Assembly: GCF_009914755.1 (NCBI RefSeq)
Contig: NC_060929.1
DNA: 64,000 nt
DNA from: the human T2T-CHM13v2.0 reference genome, Homo sapiens
Strand: one strand, 5' to 3'
The notes beneath the pieces are model-generated. The model searched no databases. It had not been told where the DNA came from and saw nothing but the letters and a program-made list of their open reading frames with translations. Shown in pieces: positions 12,925-26,890 of this stretch. The translations under genes were made by a program, and so were the position numbers. How positions within the stretch are numbered: position 1 is the first letter of the stretch; each line of letters opens with the position of its first letter.

Positions 12925-13465
12925 TCAGGACTTGTTAGGTTGTTATTGGCAGACATTCAATACAAACTAGCTTAAGCATAAAGGGAAATGTATTGACTCT
13001 CATAACTGAGAAACACAGGAGAGCAGGTGACTTTGTGTCTAGCTGTATGAAAGTACTCAGACAAAGTCTTCACGACTCTGTCTTCATTTCTACCTCAGGC
13101 AAACTTTCTCTGTGAAGTGGGAAACATGACCTCCTGCAGTTCTAAGCTCACCTCCTACCAATGTAGCAGCCTTGGTGGAGAGAAATAGCCTTCATGCATC
13201 CCCAGGAGAAAGGTTCCAGGAAGGATTCTGATTGGCCCAAGTTGAGTCCCATCCCCATCCCTGAGTCAATCACTGAGGCCAGGGAAATGGGATACAATGA
13301 TTGGTCAAATCTGAGTCACATGCCACCCATGTGAATGAGGGCAATTTGGGTGGGCCCATTTGGATCACACTAAGTTCTCCATAGAAAATGGGAACATTAT
13401 TAGGACGACAGGATGAAAAAGAGGTTCTAAGAAGGCGAAAAACAACAGATGTCACAGCAGATGCC
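12925..13465 (-). mobile_element. MaLR LTR (MLT1J/K-like)
   Basis: 'caaactagcttaagcataaagggaaatgtattgactctcataactgag', 'ttctgattggcccaagttgagtc', 'tgattggtcaaatctgagtcacatgcc'. Confidence 0.65.
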
Positions 13466-13739
13466 ACGGCATTGATGTTGACAAATTGTTATTAAGCCTA
13501 TTTTGCCAACGGGGAAAGTAAGGCTCAAAAAGATTAAATAGCCTTGTCCGAGATCACGTAGGTATAGAAGCAATGAAGTCAGAATCAAACCTAGGTCTCT
13601 CTGTCTCCAGAACCTGTGCTTGTAACCACTATACCCAGTTATGGCTACAGTACCCAGTGTTTACTTCGCAGAACTATGGTATCCCATTCTTAATATTTTA
13701 GGAACTTGAAATAGATTTCATTATGTACTAGACCTCTGT

Positions 13740-14280
13740 CATTATTTTTCACTTTTTTATCTGAACTTGTTTCTTATGTTCAGAGAATTTGCTAAACATA
13801 GAGCTCATCTCTCACTAGAGTTGCTGAAGATGCCAGAAAGTTCATTTTCTGGCTATGGCTACAACTAGAGCACAAACATATGAGCTAAGCTCTAACATAC
13901 ACTCAACGATACTTTGAATAGGAGCTAGTGAAGATGAATGAAGAGCCCAGTGAGACTCCTGTCTGGCAGTAGAGGGGATTGTAGCAAGGTTATGTTCTAA
14001 GGGCTCTAGGAACAATTGCTAGCAGTGGGCTCACTAGCCAGTGACTGGGGCTGCATGTCCAGTAAGCTGGAGCTCCCAGGGCTCAGTTGTGGCTCCAACG
14101 GGGACATTCACAGACCTGCTGTGTGGATTGGATTCTGCTCCTAAGTAGCTGCTGAGTCTGTTGTTGAGTGTTCCTAGTGATTCAGCAGCTACCCGTCATC
14201 CTTCTATTGAACAATTTTCTGCTTAAAACAGCCAGAGTTGATTTATCTTGCTGGTATATCAGAATCCTGTCTCACATACA
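13740..14280 (+). mobile_element. ERVL LTR (LTR33-like)
   Basis: 3' end 'attttctgcttaaaacagccagagttgatttatcttgc...cagaatcctgtctcacataca' resembles the LTR33 terminus. Confidence 0.55.
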
Positions 14281-14778
14281 TCCAGAGAGAGTAGCTTGGC
14301 ATCTTATTCTCTCCTCTGGTGTCAAAAGACTAGATCCTTCTTGAATGGAATTATTTATATTGTCTTAGTAGCTTCTTCTACCTCTCCTTTTTCCTCTTCT
14401 GTTCTCCTAGCGTTTTCTAGAGACCTTTGCTATTCTAGGATAAAGTTTTGTGTCTTCAGAGGCACTGCTGCTTTCCTCCCATCTGTTCTGGTCACTTCCA
14501 TTTCTTGTGAGATCACCTGCTTTGTTTAATTTCTTCCCTGCTTCCCTGTCTTCTGGGAGTACCTCTTCTCTTCCATGCTTCCAACCCTTTCATTCTAGGT
14601 TAAAATATCTTTTAAAAATTGTAATTAAAAATAACTTTGAATCTGACCTTCTCAAGTTCAAGTACAAGCCCACAGGTACAGCAAGAACAGAGCTGGCCGT
14701 GAACAACTTTATGACCTCAACCCCAAGCTCATTATAAAGAACATTCTTGGATCAGCAGCTGTCCTCCCTAGAGAACTG

Positions 14779-14898
14779 AAATGGATGCTCTTTTAGATAA
14801 AGGTTTGCTCCCAATAAATATGGAAGCTTTGGGGCCAAAATGGATGCTCTTTTAGATAAAGGTTTACTCCCAATAAATATGGAAGCTTTGGGGCCAAA
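14779..14898. repeat. Tandem duplication, 59-bp unit x2
   Basis: aaatggatgctcttttagataaaggttt[g/a]ctcccaataaatatggaagctttggggcca repeated with one mismatch. Confidence 0.95.
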
Positions 14899-15719
14899 GC
14901 CTCTGAGAGAAGCTTGCGGTGACCTGACCAACTTTGTAATGGACTTGACCTGAAACAGTGTGATTATTTGCTATTTCCTGAAATAAGCACTACTCAGCTT
15001 TGGGGAGCTGCTTCAGGCAATGTAAGCCAGCCTGAGAAGGCAGGGCACAGCTGTTTTTAAGAGGAGATTTTGGGGTGCATCAGTGCCTCACCCTCACCAC
15101 TGAGTATATACCCTTTAGCTTGGATGATCTAAAAACCAAGCTCAGTTGGGACGCTTTAGCACAATTTAATACTTTAAAAAAAAAAGAAGATGAAAAGTTG
15201 TCCAGAAGGGAATATTGAGCTCAAGGCATTTAAAGAAATTATTCTTTGTGGATGCAGATCACTATCTCAGCCTCCACAATTCATTTAATGAAATGAGATT
15301 AGCATTTCAATATAATACTTCTTGTTTTCTTCTCCTGCTTCACTTCTACTCTATTTTCTCTGAACAAAAAGGAGCGAACAAGGTGCAGAAAATAGAAAAC
15401 TTAAACAGTAACCTTATGCTATTGAATGGAGAGAAGCATTCTCTAGTTCTTGCAAATGAGGCCTGCAGACATTATCCAGACAATTAGCTTCCTCTTCCTG
15501 CTGTTTGCAATGGAATAAAAGATTCTGCAGGCTCACAACCAACAGAAGGACCTAACATTGCAAGCCAGACATCTGAGATATGCACCTTTTCCAGAAACAG
15601 TGAGGACCTAGCATGGATCATGCACAGTGCTTGATACTGGGATTACAAAGTGGAATACATTTATCTCTGACTTGAAGGACCTCCCAGTGAAGAAAACAGG
15701 AAGTACATTTGGGATTAAT

Positions 15720-15945
15720 TTAATAGTAATTTTAATAACGTCCACTTATTGAGCACTCATCATATGCAAGTGACTTTGCTAAATAATTTGCATCATCTCA
15801 TTTAATACTGTCAAAAGACCTATAGTACATAACCTATTATTATCTCCATCTTAAAGCTAAAAAAACTGAGGCCCTCAAAAGATAAGACTCATGTCTCCAG
15901 GCATGCAGCTGGTGTATTAAGGAGTCCGATTTCTAATCTAGGTAG
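15720..15945 (-). mobile_element. MIR SINE
   Basis: 'cacttattgagcactc...catctcatttaat...attattatctccatctt...aaactgaggccc'. Confidence 0.75.
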
Positions 15946-18417
15946 GTCTAAGAGCAAAGTCTGGATCCTGTCTGGTAAACTCCTGTTGGATATGTAAAAC
16001 TGGATTTGGCTCTATAGATTAATGAAAGGTGGTTGTCTTCTGTCTGTGGGTTTATATTCTGGTAGAGAGGAAGAAAGTAAGAATGTAAAAAGCTGTAACA
16101 CACAGTAAAACTTAGTGTCTTATGAATGTGCACAGTAACGAGGTATAAAACTTCAAAGAGAGAGAGAATTACTGAGAAAATGACATCTGAAATGTCTTGA
16201 GTGATAGAGATGGTTCTTCAGACAGAGACAGGTGTTTGACAACACCAAAAATTCAGATTCCTACCTAGAAGTGACTTTAAAGCAAGCCAGATTATAAAAT
16301 GTTCACCACTCTTTCTCCCCACTTCCTGAGGTCATAGTGACATTGTACATCGTGCTGTTAAAACTAGGAGACTTAAGGATAGGATCAGGCAGACTTTGAG
16401 CAGAAAATGCATGCTCCAGTACTATGCAAAATGAGGCAATAACAAGTAGGTTATTCTAAAACAAAAACAAAACAAAACTCTTTTTGTCTTTACTCCTACG
16501 TATGACTCTGGAAATCTAACTTATGGCAGATCGTTGCATTAGGGAGCCATTATGTCATTTAGCAGGCATGGGTGTTCCCCCATCTGTCAAGTCCATTCCT
16601 ACTCAATAAGCTATTAGATCGCTGATGCAACATGAGGACTCTCCCAGACTTGCCAGGAAGTTCACCTGCAGATGCCTGCACTCTGAGTCTGAATAAGCCG
16701 CTGCAATAATTCATCTTTCCTATTTGGAAATTCAGAGTAATTGTGGTCTTTGCATAAGATTTAATTTATAGACACTAAGGAATTGAGAATACAATCTTGT
16801 AACTCTTTAGATTTCTCTCTACTACCACCTCCAACAATGTGGATTTGTTGAAAACCAAATGTTAATAGTCACAATTCCACTGTCACTTAAACATGTGACT
16901 ATTTATTGCTGTTAAATACAATTATAATTATTATAGCAAGAATTCCATCTGCATCAGCAGGAATGAGCAAGTGCTTGGCTATGGGCAGTCAGTTTCTCCT
17001 TTCTTCTTACCACTTGCTGCATAGTCCAGAATAGGTCTCATATTTGGATGTGGGATGCAGGTGTCAAAATAGAATTCAGAGGTTGGAGTTCTGATGATTA
17101 GCTGATGCACTCATGTAAGTTCCCTGTTGTGGGTGACTCCAAAAGGTTCTTCATTTGAGTCAGACTTATGATTTCTTCAGAATGGTCTTTTGAAAATTAC
17201 TTTTTGATTAGTCTAGGCATGATACATAATTGCTTCTCCAAAACCAAAAAGGGAGGGTGTGGTCTTTGGGCAGCAGGGAAAAACTTGAGTTTGGCTGCAG
17301 CCTTTTCTTGTTTTGATCAATGTCACAAGACTATGCAGGATGAAATTAGTTAGGGTTACCAAAAAATTAGACAGTCTTGCAGGGGAAAATGCATCCCTGT
17401 ATTCTGCCTTTTGCTGAGATATTTCCCTTGTAAAGTTTTGGATGGGCAGTCAGAGCCATTTGCCTAGAAACAAAGGTAGAGAGGATGTGCCAGTCCAGCT
17501 CATGGCATTTACCATGGCAATGCCATGCTCAGGTATGGACATGTGGTCACAGTAAGTGTTGAAGGCAGGCCTTGAGGACTTTGCATTTAGAAAAGTAACA
17601 AATAGCTGCCTTTAAAGCAAATTTCCCCAGAGTTACACAGGTTACCTTGTACTTGGATGAAGACATATGCTTAGAACCTGCTCAAGGAATTCCCTGTGCA
17701 TCCAACAAATAAAATAATAAATAAATGTTTGCCTTTCACAGCCCTATTACCCACTCACTCCTCATCCTTGGAAGGCTCTTCAGAATAAAGGACCCTGAGT
17801 GTATCAGATTTTAATGGAATATTTCAACCAACCAACCAACAAGTCTAATAGCAGCCAGTCAATAAGGAACAAACCAAGCACAGATTCATCAAAGCCACTG
17901 TTTTTCTTCCTAATTAGTACTCATAATCACTGTGCTGGGTGTTTTTTCCTCCAAATTCATCAAGGTCTGATTTAATTGTCAAAAACAATCTGAAGAGAAA
18001 ATTATCACTGTGAGGCGTTCCAGGCATCCTGGCTATAGGCAGGATGATGAGGCTCACCTTCCTCTTCAGGAGAGGGTGATGGAAGCTTCTGACCATTTTT
18101 GGAATTTTTTGGATAACTCTTATGGTCTAGGTTTCCAAGTCATAAACTTGAGGGAAGGGTTGTGAGAGGCCATTCATTTTCCTTTCTAATAAGTACATGG
18201 TTCAGTTATTTCCCAATTACAGCTGCAGCATGTTGGATAACAAACACTAACTGGCATTGCTAGCTGAGGTTTTTCAAAGACTACCTCTTTTGTGAGGGCT
18301 TCTGGTGACATACAGTCACCTCTAATGAACAGATGTTTGAATGTTTAATTGCAAGTGTGTAAATTAGTCACTTGACATGATGTATAGAGCGTTATGGATG
18401 AACACCTTATCTCTGGG

Positions 18418-18795
18418 TGATATGGTTTTGTTATGTCCCCACCCAAATCCCATCTTGAATTGTAGGTTCTGTAATCGCTATGTGTCATGGGAGAGACCCA
18501 GTGGGAAGTAACTAAATCATGGGGGCTGTTACTTCCATACTTCTCTTCTCATGATAGTGAGTGAGTTCTCACGAGATCTGATGGTTTTACAAGGGTCTTT
18601 TTCCCCTTTTACTCAGCACTTCTCCTTGTGCCACCATGTGAAGAAGGACATGTTTACTTCCCCTTCTGCCATGATTGCAAGTTTCCTGAGGTCTCCCCAG
18701 CCATGCCAAACTGTGAGTCAATTAAATCACTTTCCTTTATAAATTACCCAGTCTCAGGTATGTCTTTATTAGTAGCATGAGAATAGACTTATACA
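18418..18795 (+). mobile_element. THE1D solo LTR (MaLR)
   Basis: TGATATGGTTT...CCCCACCCAAATC start, ...GACTTATACA end, 5-bp TSD CTGGG on both sides. Confidence 0.93.
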
Positions 18796-19184
18796 CTGGG
18801 AAAATGGAAAACTTACTAAGATGCAGTTTTTGTCTCTAAACATTCTTAAATTAGTCCACTCCTCCCCATCACCACTGCTGCCCCCTGGTCCTAGGTACTT
18901 AGGTCTCCCTTGCCAGATGGGGTACAGAATCTTCTCACTTCTCTCTGCTTTCATTCCCACTGCCTCCCTGCTCCTCAATCTAATCTTCATTCTGCATCCT
19001 TTACAACCTAAATATGATTGTGTCTTTCTTCTGCTTAAAGCCTTCTGTGGCTTTCTGTTGCATCTAGGATAAAAGACCAAGTCCTCATAGCCTAAAAGGC
19101 CCTAAATGATATGCCCCCTGTGACTTCTCTAACCTTATACTAGTTCCCTAACTTCCCTGTACCCCTTAGCAAAAAGGTTATGTA

Positions 19185-19238
19185 TACACACACATACATG
19201 CACACACATTGCATGCACACACACACGCACACACACAT
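19185..19238. repeat. Degenerate (CA)n microsatellite
   Basis: Direct reading. Confidence 0.8.
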
Positions 19239-19534
19239 ACTGTCCAGCTCTAGCCACAGGTAATGAGGGAAGGGAGGACAGGGAGGACCAGAAAGAGCTT
19301 TAAGTTAAGCTCATTTCTCTGTGTCTAATGCTCTCCTTGACATTTTTTTTTCTTAAAGCAAAAGTGCATAGAATTAGATTAATCATAATCCTTGGCTTAT
19401 GAGACACTTTTTACACTGGAACTAGTTTGGAAATAAGAATGTGAACAACTTACATCTACTCTTGAGATTCTCCAGTATTTTGACCTCCTGCTTCCCTCCA
19501 TCCAAAAGAAACTCCATCAAAATCCTGAGTTGAT

Positions 19535-19625
19535 CTTTCTCCTCCCTCCCTCCCTTCCTGCCTCTCTTCCTGTCTTTCTCCATCCCTTCCTATCTACCTT
19601 TCTTTCTTTCCTTTCTTTTCTTTCT

Positions 19626-19673
<48 letters not shown>

Positions 19674-19715
19674 TATTTTTTCTTTCCTCTCTCTCTCTCT
19701 TTCTTGCTCTCTCTC
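19535..19715. repeat. Pyrimidine-rich (TTTC)n/(TC)n simple repeat
   Basis: Direct reading; probably the decayed tail of the adjacent minus-strand L1. Confidence 0.9.
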
Positions 19716-19749
19716 ACACATACCTCTATGTATTCCTAAAATGTATATT

Positions 19750-20210
19750 ATTTAATTGAAATTTCTTTTATTTATAAAAATGGTATCATACTATTTATAA
19801 TCTTTTAGGGCTTTTTCATTCAATGTCATATTGCTAAGATTCACGCAACTGGGCTGTTTCCGGGTTCTTGATGTTATGAGTGGTGCCACTGTGAACATTC
19901 TTATACAGGTTTCCTGCTGTACAAGCTTACTCTTTGGTAGATGTCTTAGGAGGCAAATTGTCCTGAGTTGTAGGATATGTGATAACTTTATAATGTCAAT
20001 ATAATGGATGTTATCCAAAGTTACTCTACCAATTTATACTCCAGAGCAATGTACAAGAAATCTCATGGTTCCACACTTTCTCCAGTGGCACAAAGGAACA
20101 AGTTCAACGATGCTAAGTATTTTTGATTAGTGCTGCTGCAATGGTGTAAATTGGTATCTTATTGTGATCTTGGTCTGCATTTCCCTGATTGCCAATGAGA
20201 ATGAATTCTT
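19750..20210 (-). mobile_element. Old L1M fragment
   Basis: 'ctgtgaacattcttatacagg', 'ggtatcttattgtgatcttggtctgcatttccctgattgccaatgag'. Confidence 0.7.
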
Positions 20211-20903
20211 CCCACTCTTCACTATGTCAAGTCCTATTCAGATGTCAGGCCCCAGCTTAAATGCCTTTCCTCATATTGGTCATATATAGATGTTTTTGCT
20301 CAATTAAATCAATCCTCTAAACTTTCTCCACTCTAAACATCTGTGGACAATTTTGTTGCAATGAAAATATTTCAACATTATTGTCTTTCCAGGAAAAGTC
20401 CCCTTTATACTTTAGATATCCCTAAATGTACGATGAATAAGTAGCATAAAATGATGGAGCCAAATAGTTTTAAAAATGGGAGAACCCTTAGAAATTGTCT
20501 AATCAAATCTCCTTTATTAATTTGAAGATGATATAAACTCAGTTCAACTGCCTTTAGGAAAAAGGAAAAAAGCATTCATCATCCAATGTAACTGGAATTT
20601 CCTGAGGCTAATATTCAGGTCTGGGTGAATTAAGCCATTTTTCAAAGTTCCTGGGGCTCTGTCTCTAATCCGATTACTTGGCTTTGCTTTTCTTTGTCAT
20701 TGTTCTCCCCTATTGCAGATGGCTTTTTCCATGCTGCCAGGGAGGTGGTGCTGGCACCCTCAACTTCACACATGTCAATTTCTCAACCCCAGAAGATAGA
20801 GGAGAACTCTCATTATCTGCATAACAATGCTGAAAATAATAATAGTAAGGAAATAATATAGCTAACATTTATTGAGTGTTTACTTTGTGCTCCTTGCTTC
20901 ATA

Positions 20904-23210
20904 TAGGCATACTTTGGAGATATTGTGCGTTTGATTCCGGACCACTGTCATAAAGTGAATATCACTAATAAAATAAGTCACGTGAAAGTTTTGGTTTCCC
21001 AGCACACACAAAAGTTATGTTTATAATCTAGTGTAGTCGTTAAGTATACAATAGCATTATGTCTGAAAAAATAACATATGTATCTTAATCTAAAAATACT
21101 TCATGCTAAAAATTGCTGACAATTATTGGCCTTTGGGGAGTCGTATGTAATCTTTTTTGCTGGTGGAGGGTTTTGCCATGTTGATGGCTGTCCTCTGATC
21201 AAGATGATAATTGCTGAAGGTTGGGGTGGCTGTGGGCAATTTCATAAAATAAGACAACAGTAAAGATTGCTGTACTAAGGACCCTTCCTTTTGGGAAAGA
21301 CCACTGTAGCGTGTGCTGCTATTTGATAGCATTTTACCCACAGTAGAATTTCTTTCAAAATTGGAGTCAATCCTCTTAAACTGTGCCACTGCTTTATCAA
21401 CTAAGTTTATGGAATATTCCAAACCCTTTGTTGTCATTTCAACTGTGTTCACAGCATCTTCACCAGGAATAGCTTTCATCTCAAGAAACCATTTTCTTTG
21501 CTCACCCATAAGAAGCAATTCCTCATCCATTGAAGTTTTATCAAAAGATTGCAGCAATTCTGTCACATCTTTGGACTCCACTTCTAATTCTAGCTCTCCT
21601 GCTATTTCCACCACATCTTCCTTGACTTTCTACATTAAAATCTTCAAAGTTGCCTGTGAGGATTGGAATCAACTTCTTCCAAACCTTGTTAATGTGGATA
21701 TTTTTACTTCCTCCCATGATCATGAATGTTTTTAATGGCATCTAGAATGGTGAATGCTTTCCAGAAGGTTTCAATTTACTTTGCTCATATCAATCAGAAG
21801 AATCACTATCTATGAAAGCAATAGTCTTATGAAATGTATTTCTTAAATAATAAGACTCGGAAGTTGAAACTATTTGTTGATCCATGGGCTGCAGAATTAA
21901 TGTTGTATTAACAGGCATGAGAACAACACTAATCTCCTTGCACATCTACATCACAGCTTTTGAGTGACCAGGTGTCAATGTCAATGACAGTAATATTTTG
22001 AAAGGAATATTTTCTGAAGTTGTAGGCCTCAAAATATTCAGTAAACCATGCTATAAATAGATGTACTGTGTAGGGCAAAGGCACAGTAGATGTAGCATCA
22101 TTCTTAAGGACCCTAGGATTTTTGGACTGGCCAATGAGCGTTGGCTTCAACCTAAAGTCATCGGCACACTAGCCCCTAACAAGAGAGTCAGCCTGTCCTT
22201 TGAAGCTTCAAAACCAGGCATCGACTTCTCTCTAGCTGTGAAAATCCTAGATAGCATCTTCTTCCGACAGAAGGCTGTTTTGTCTACATTGAAAAGCCAT
22301 TGTTTAGGGTAGTCACCGTCATCAATTACCTTAGCTAGATCTTCAGGATAACTTGCTGCAGCTTCTACATCAGCACTTGCTGCTTTGCCTTGTACTTTGT
22401 TATGGTGATGGTTTCTTTTCATAAACCAACCTGTCTAATTTCAACTTTTCTTCTGAAGCTTCCTCACCTCTTTCAGAGTACATAGAATTCCAGAGGGTCA
22501 AGTTTTGGCTTAAAAATGCTGTGGCTGGTTTGATCTTCTATCTAGGCCACTAACATGTTTTCCACATGAAAAATGAGTCTGTTTTACTTTGTTGTCATTC
22601 CTGTGTTCCCTGGAGTAGCACTTTTAATTTCCTTCAAGAACTTTTTCATTGCATTCAAAACTTGGCTATTTGGTATGAAGGGGCCTAGCTTTCAGCCTAC
22701 CTGGGCTTTTGACATGCCTTCCTCACTAAGCTTAATTCTTTCTAGCTATTGATTTAAAGTGACAGATGTCCAACTCTTCCTTTCACTTGAATACTTAGAG
22801 GCCACTGTAGGATTATCAGTTGGCCTAATTTCAATATTATTGGGTTTCGGGGTCTAGGGAGGCCCAAGGAGGGGGAGAGAGGTGGGGAATGGCTGGTTAG
22901 CGGAGCACTCAGAACACATATGACATTGATTATCTTTGCCACCTTACATGGGTACAGTTTGTGGCACCTCACAAAAACTACAGTAGTAACAACAAAGATT
23001 GCTGACCACAGGTTGCCATAACAGATACAATTATAATGAAAAAGTTTGAAATATTGTGAGAATTACCAAAATGTGACACTCAGATGCAAAGTGAGCCCAG
23101 CTTGTAGGAGAAATAGTCCCGATAAACTTGCTTGATGCAGGGTTGCCACAAACTATCGGTTTATTTGAAAATATGCTATCTGTGAAGCACAATAAAACAA
23201 GGTATGCCTG
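20904..23210 (-). mobile_element. Tigger1 (TcMar-Tigger) DNA transposon, near full length
   Basis: Terminal inverted repeats taggcatac... / ...ggtatgcctg with TA at 20902-20903 and 23211-23212; transposase fragments in ORFs 22147-22422 ([21 protein letters not shown]) and 21123-21614. Confidence 0.95.
21123..22805 (-). pseudogene. Disrupted Tigger1 pogo-family DDE transposase
   Basis: Frameshifted and stop-interrupted fragments resembling Tigger/TIGD transposase; no continuous frame. Confidence 0.85.
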
Positions 23211-24898
23211 TACTTAATCTTGAATTCTGTTACACAATTCTATGAGAAAGGCATTATAATTATCTATTCTTAAAACACTGAGGAGGAGTTATGTAAAGCT
23301 GTCCAAGTTCACAAAGCCAGCAAGTGGCAGAGCAAGACTTAGAAACCAGGCAAGTCTCTCTGGTTCTCCTAGGGTCATTTTCCTTTAATTCTTCCCTGGC
23401 CAGGGAGTGGGGAACTGTGAATGACATAATCATTTCCTCCTGTGCACCCCCCAGGCCAAGGCTGTGCATTGTGGGAAACCTTTAGGGTCCAGAGCAGGGA
23501 AAGAATTTTCCAAAATAAAAGGGAGGATATTACCAAAATAAAGAGGATAAGAGTGAATTCTGAAAAGACAAAAGAACAATAAACACCATAGCCCACTACA
23601 TCTGTTATGTGACAGATGAGGAAATGGATTCTGAAGAGGGACATGTGTTTTTCCAAGTTAAGAGTGATGGGATGTTATAGTCCAGACACAAACCTGGGCA
23701 TCCTGACTCTCTATGCTTACTTTCCCCTCTGGGCCCCAGCTGCCTTGCAAAAGAGAAGAGCATTGTATTTCTGGGGCTGTGAATGAGGGAGAGAGAGAGA
23801 ATGAGAGAGAGAATTCTTCCAACCTGCAAGCTCTCTGTACAAAACCCTCAGTCCATCAGCTGAGTGTGCTGGTCTGAATTAACCATGAAGGGCCTCCAGT
23901 ACACAATTTGAAGAGGCTATTTCCTGGCCCCAATCCTAAAGTGTCTGTAAAAGCATTAATGATTTCCCACTGCTTCCATGGTGACAGCGAGAGAGGGCTG
24001 ACTATCAAGTGCTCATGTGGAAATGGCCCATGGCTCAGGCCCTGTATGCCTGAACAGATACCTGATGCATTGCTGCTCCTGTCACCTACCATTTTAGATG
24101 GGCCCATGCTTCCAAGCATCAAACTAGATTGAATTTCCATAAAAAAGAATTATTCTTCTGTGGCTTGTCAGAAGCCTGCTGAAGTTAGCAGCAAATGTAA
24201 TCTGCTCTATAAATGAGAATTTCCCTTTGATACATGTGGTAGTTGATGAAGACAATGATTCACTTCGAGTGTCCCCATCTCTCCATATCACTCCCTTCTT
24301 CCCACCTCTGCATTCATTTTACTTGCTACTAAGGCAACCCTGTTTGATTTAGATTAGAATGATTTTAGAAGGTTCTAGTACCCCTTTTTATGCTGGGTCT
24401 GAGAATGCCAAGACACCACCATTTCCCCCATAACTTAGTTCCACAGTTGATTTTTGCTAATTCTCTATCAGCAAAGAGCCCTTTTCTGACATTCCCCTGG
24501 GCTCAGAGAATCCTGTCTTGGAAGGAGCACGGGCATATTTGTCTGCAGTGAGGTGAAAAGGGGAGGCCTGGCTGGAAAGCCAGGTGATCTAATTTCTAAT
24601 ACTGGTGCTGCCTCTGCTGTTTTTATTATTTTTACTCTCTGAGCTCTGATCTTCATCTATACAGCAGAGACCTCAACCCCTGTTCAGCACAAAGAACATA
24701 AGAGGTGGGTATCAAGGCACACAGAAAGGATAGGTTTGTCAATTGTATGTGTCAGACTGGCCTTAGGAATTTATGCAATGCCATACTCCTCTCGGTTTGA
24801 GCCAAGAAAAAATTTCCAAAGGACAAAACTTGCAAATATTTTGGTTTGAGGGTTGGGTTCCATGCAATGCTCTCTGGATAATCTACATTATATTGTTA

Positions 24899-25295
24899 TG
24901 CTATGGTTTAAATGTACATGTCCCTCCAAAATGCAAGTGTTGGAACTGAAACCTGAAGGCAATGGTGTTAAGTGGTAGGGCTTCTGGGAAGTGATTAGGC
25001 CGAAAGGTCTCTGTGCTTATGAATTGGATTAATGCCCTTATTAAAAAGGCTTCAGAAAACTGCATAATCCCTTTCATCTTTTCTCCTATGTGAGGACACG
25101 GTATACATTTCCTCAAGAGGATCTAGTGACAAGGCACCATCTTGGAAGCAGAGAATAGCCCTCACTAGACTTTGAACATGCCAATGCCTTGATCTTGGAC
25201 TTCCCAGCCTCCAGAACTGTGAGGAAGAAATTTCTACTGTTTGTAAATTACAAGTCTCAGGTATTTTGTTATAGCAACACAAATGGACTAAGACA
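24899..25295 (+). mobile_element. MaLR solo LTR (MSTD/MLT1A-like)
   Basis: TGCTATGGTTT start, ...aaatggactaagaca end, imperfect TSD tgtta/tatta. Confidence 0.85.
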
Positions 25296-25819
25296 TATTA
25301 TATTCCTCCAGACACAACCTCCAAGGGGAAAGCTTTATGACACCAACTGCCTCAAACACTAATGTTCATTATACCATTTTGAAATTAGGCATTATTTAGC
25401 AGAATTAACTCCCTTTCCTTATTAACATCCAATTCCTTGTGAAAACATCCAGTGAAAAGATTTATTGCTTTGGGTATCTTGTGGGAAGTTTTATTCTGAA
25501 AGTTCAGAGTTGAAGCAGATTCTGACAAAATCACCACGCAGATTTTGAGTAAGAACTCTACTTGTTGTAAAACAGTTTTCAATATGAATAAATCCATATT
25601 CTGTAAAGGAGAACAACATTGTTATAAACTGTAGCTTTATTTTATATGGCAGTACTCATATGAGAGCCTGCCCACAGACATGTTTACTAGGCTGCTGTAT
25701 TGACTTGACATTGATTCACCCAGCATCAAATATCTTCTGAGCACCTCTGTGCGTCAGAACCTGTGCTAGGATCCTGGCCTATAACATTGAACAAGACAGG
25801 GTTCCTATTCATTTGCAGC

Positions 25820-26266
25820 TATGGTTGGATGAGTAATGGGTTCCCAAAGATGTCTGCATCCTAATGCCTAGAATTTGTGAATGTTACCTTATGTAGCAAA
25901 AGGGACTTTGCTGGTGTAACTACGTTAAGAGACAAGGGAGCCATCCTGTATTACCCAGTGGGCCTGATGTAATACAAGGGTCCTTATAAGAGAGATGCAA
26001 AAGGTAAGAGTCATTAGTAAGAGAAATGACAATGGAAGCAAAGATATTAGAATGATTTGAGGAAGAGGTCATGACCGAAGTGATGTAGATGGCTCCTAAA
26101 AGCTGAAAAAGGCAAGGAATTGGATTCTTCCCGGAAGTGCCCAGAAGGAACACAGGCCTGTTGATTTTAGACTTCTGACCTCCAGAACTGTAAATAATAC
26201 ATTTGTGTTGTTTTAAGCCGCTAAGTTTGTGGTAATTTGTCATAGCAGCAATAGGAAACTAATACA
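25820..26266 (+). mobile_element. MaLR solo LTR (MLT1C/D-like)
   Basis: 'cccaaagatgtctgcatcctaat', 'gacttctgacctccagaactgtaa', end 'gcagcaataggaaactaataca'. Confidence 0.85.
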
Positions 26267-26311
26267 GAAGGTTACATTCAAAATGGGGGCAACACATAAT
26301 AGGAAAGTCAA

Positions 26312-26516
26312 TCAGTATTTTTCAGCATTTTGTGGGGGGATGGTTCTCCATGTGCACATCCACCCAGACATCACGGTCACGCAGCCGCATCCATTAACTG
26401 TCATCCTGGCAGCCAGTGGATGAGGCTAAGTGATACTAAACGTCAATCAAAGCTGTCCACACACATTTCCAAACCTCCCCTAAGGTGACACTGTTGCCTT
26501 TGGCTGAGAACCACTG
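26312..26516. mobile_element. MER20B-like hAT-Charlie element
   Basis: cagt... start, 'acacatttccaaacctcccct', '...tgagaaccactg' end. Confidence 0.5.
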
Positions 26517-26559
26517 ACTTGGATTGTGTAGAGTTGAAAGAAGACTGAAATGAAGCAAC

Positions 26560-26890
26560 ATAGCACAGAGAGACTGGAGTCCTGGGGCTATTGTACACTG
26601 TGACCAAAGAAAGCCCTGCCAAAGAGGTGATATCTGAGTTGAGACTGGAGGAGGGAATGGAAGCAGGCCAGTGAAAAATCTATAGAAGGGTGTTACAGGT
26701 GCAGGAGAATGTCATTGGATATAAAGGCCCTGAGAAGGAACATGTATGATGTGTTGGAAGGATAGATAAGGAAGGGCAGATTGCCTGGAGAAGAAGAGTG
26801 GGATGGGAAGTGAGACCAGGGAAGAGGCAGGGCTTTCTGTGTGGGGCTGGCAGGTCATGGTAAGAAGTGTAGCTTTGATTCCAAGAGAGA
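26560..26890 (-). mobile_element. L2 LINE fragment, continuing 25720-25815
   Basis: 'gaggtgatatctgagttgagactgg', 'aaaggccctgagaagg', 'ggtcatggtaagaag...tttgattcc'. Confidence 0.6.

Noticed and set aside
18058-18146. Minus-strand exon candidate with AAG|GTGAGC donor
   Set aside because: Acceptor is a weak AAG and there is no linked exon or reading frame
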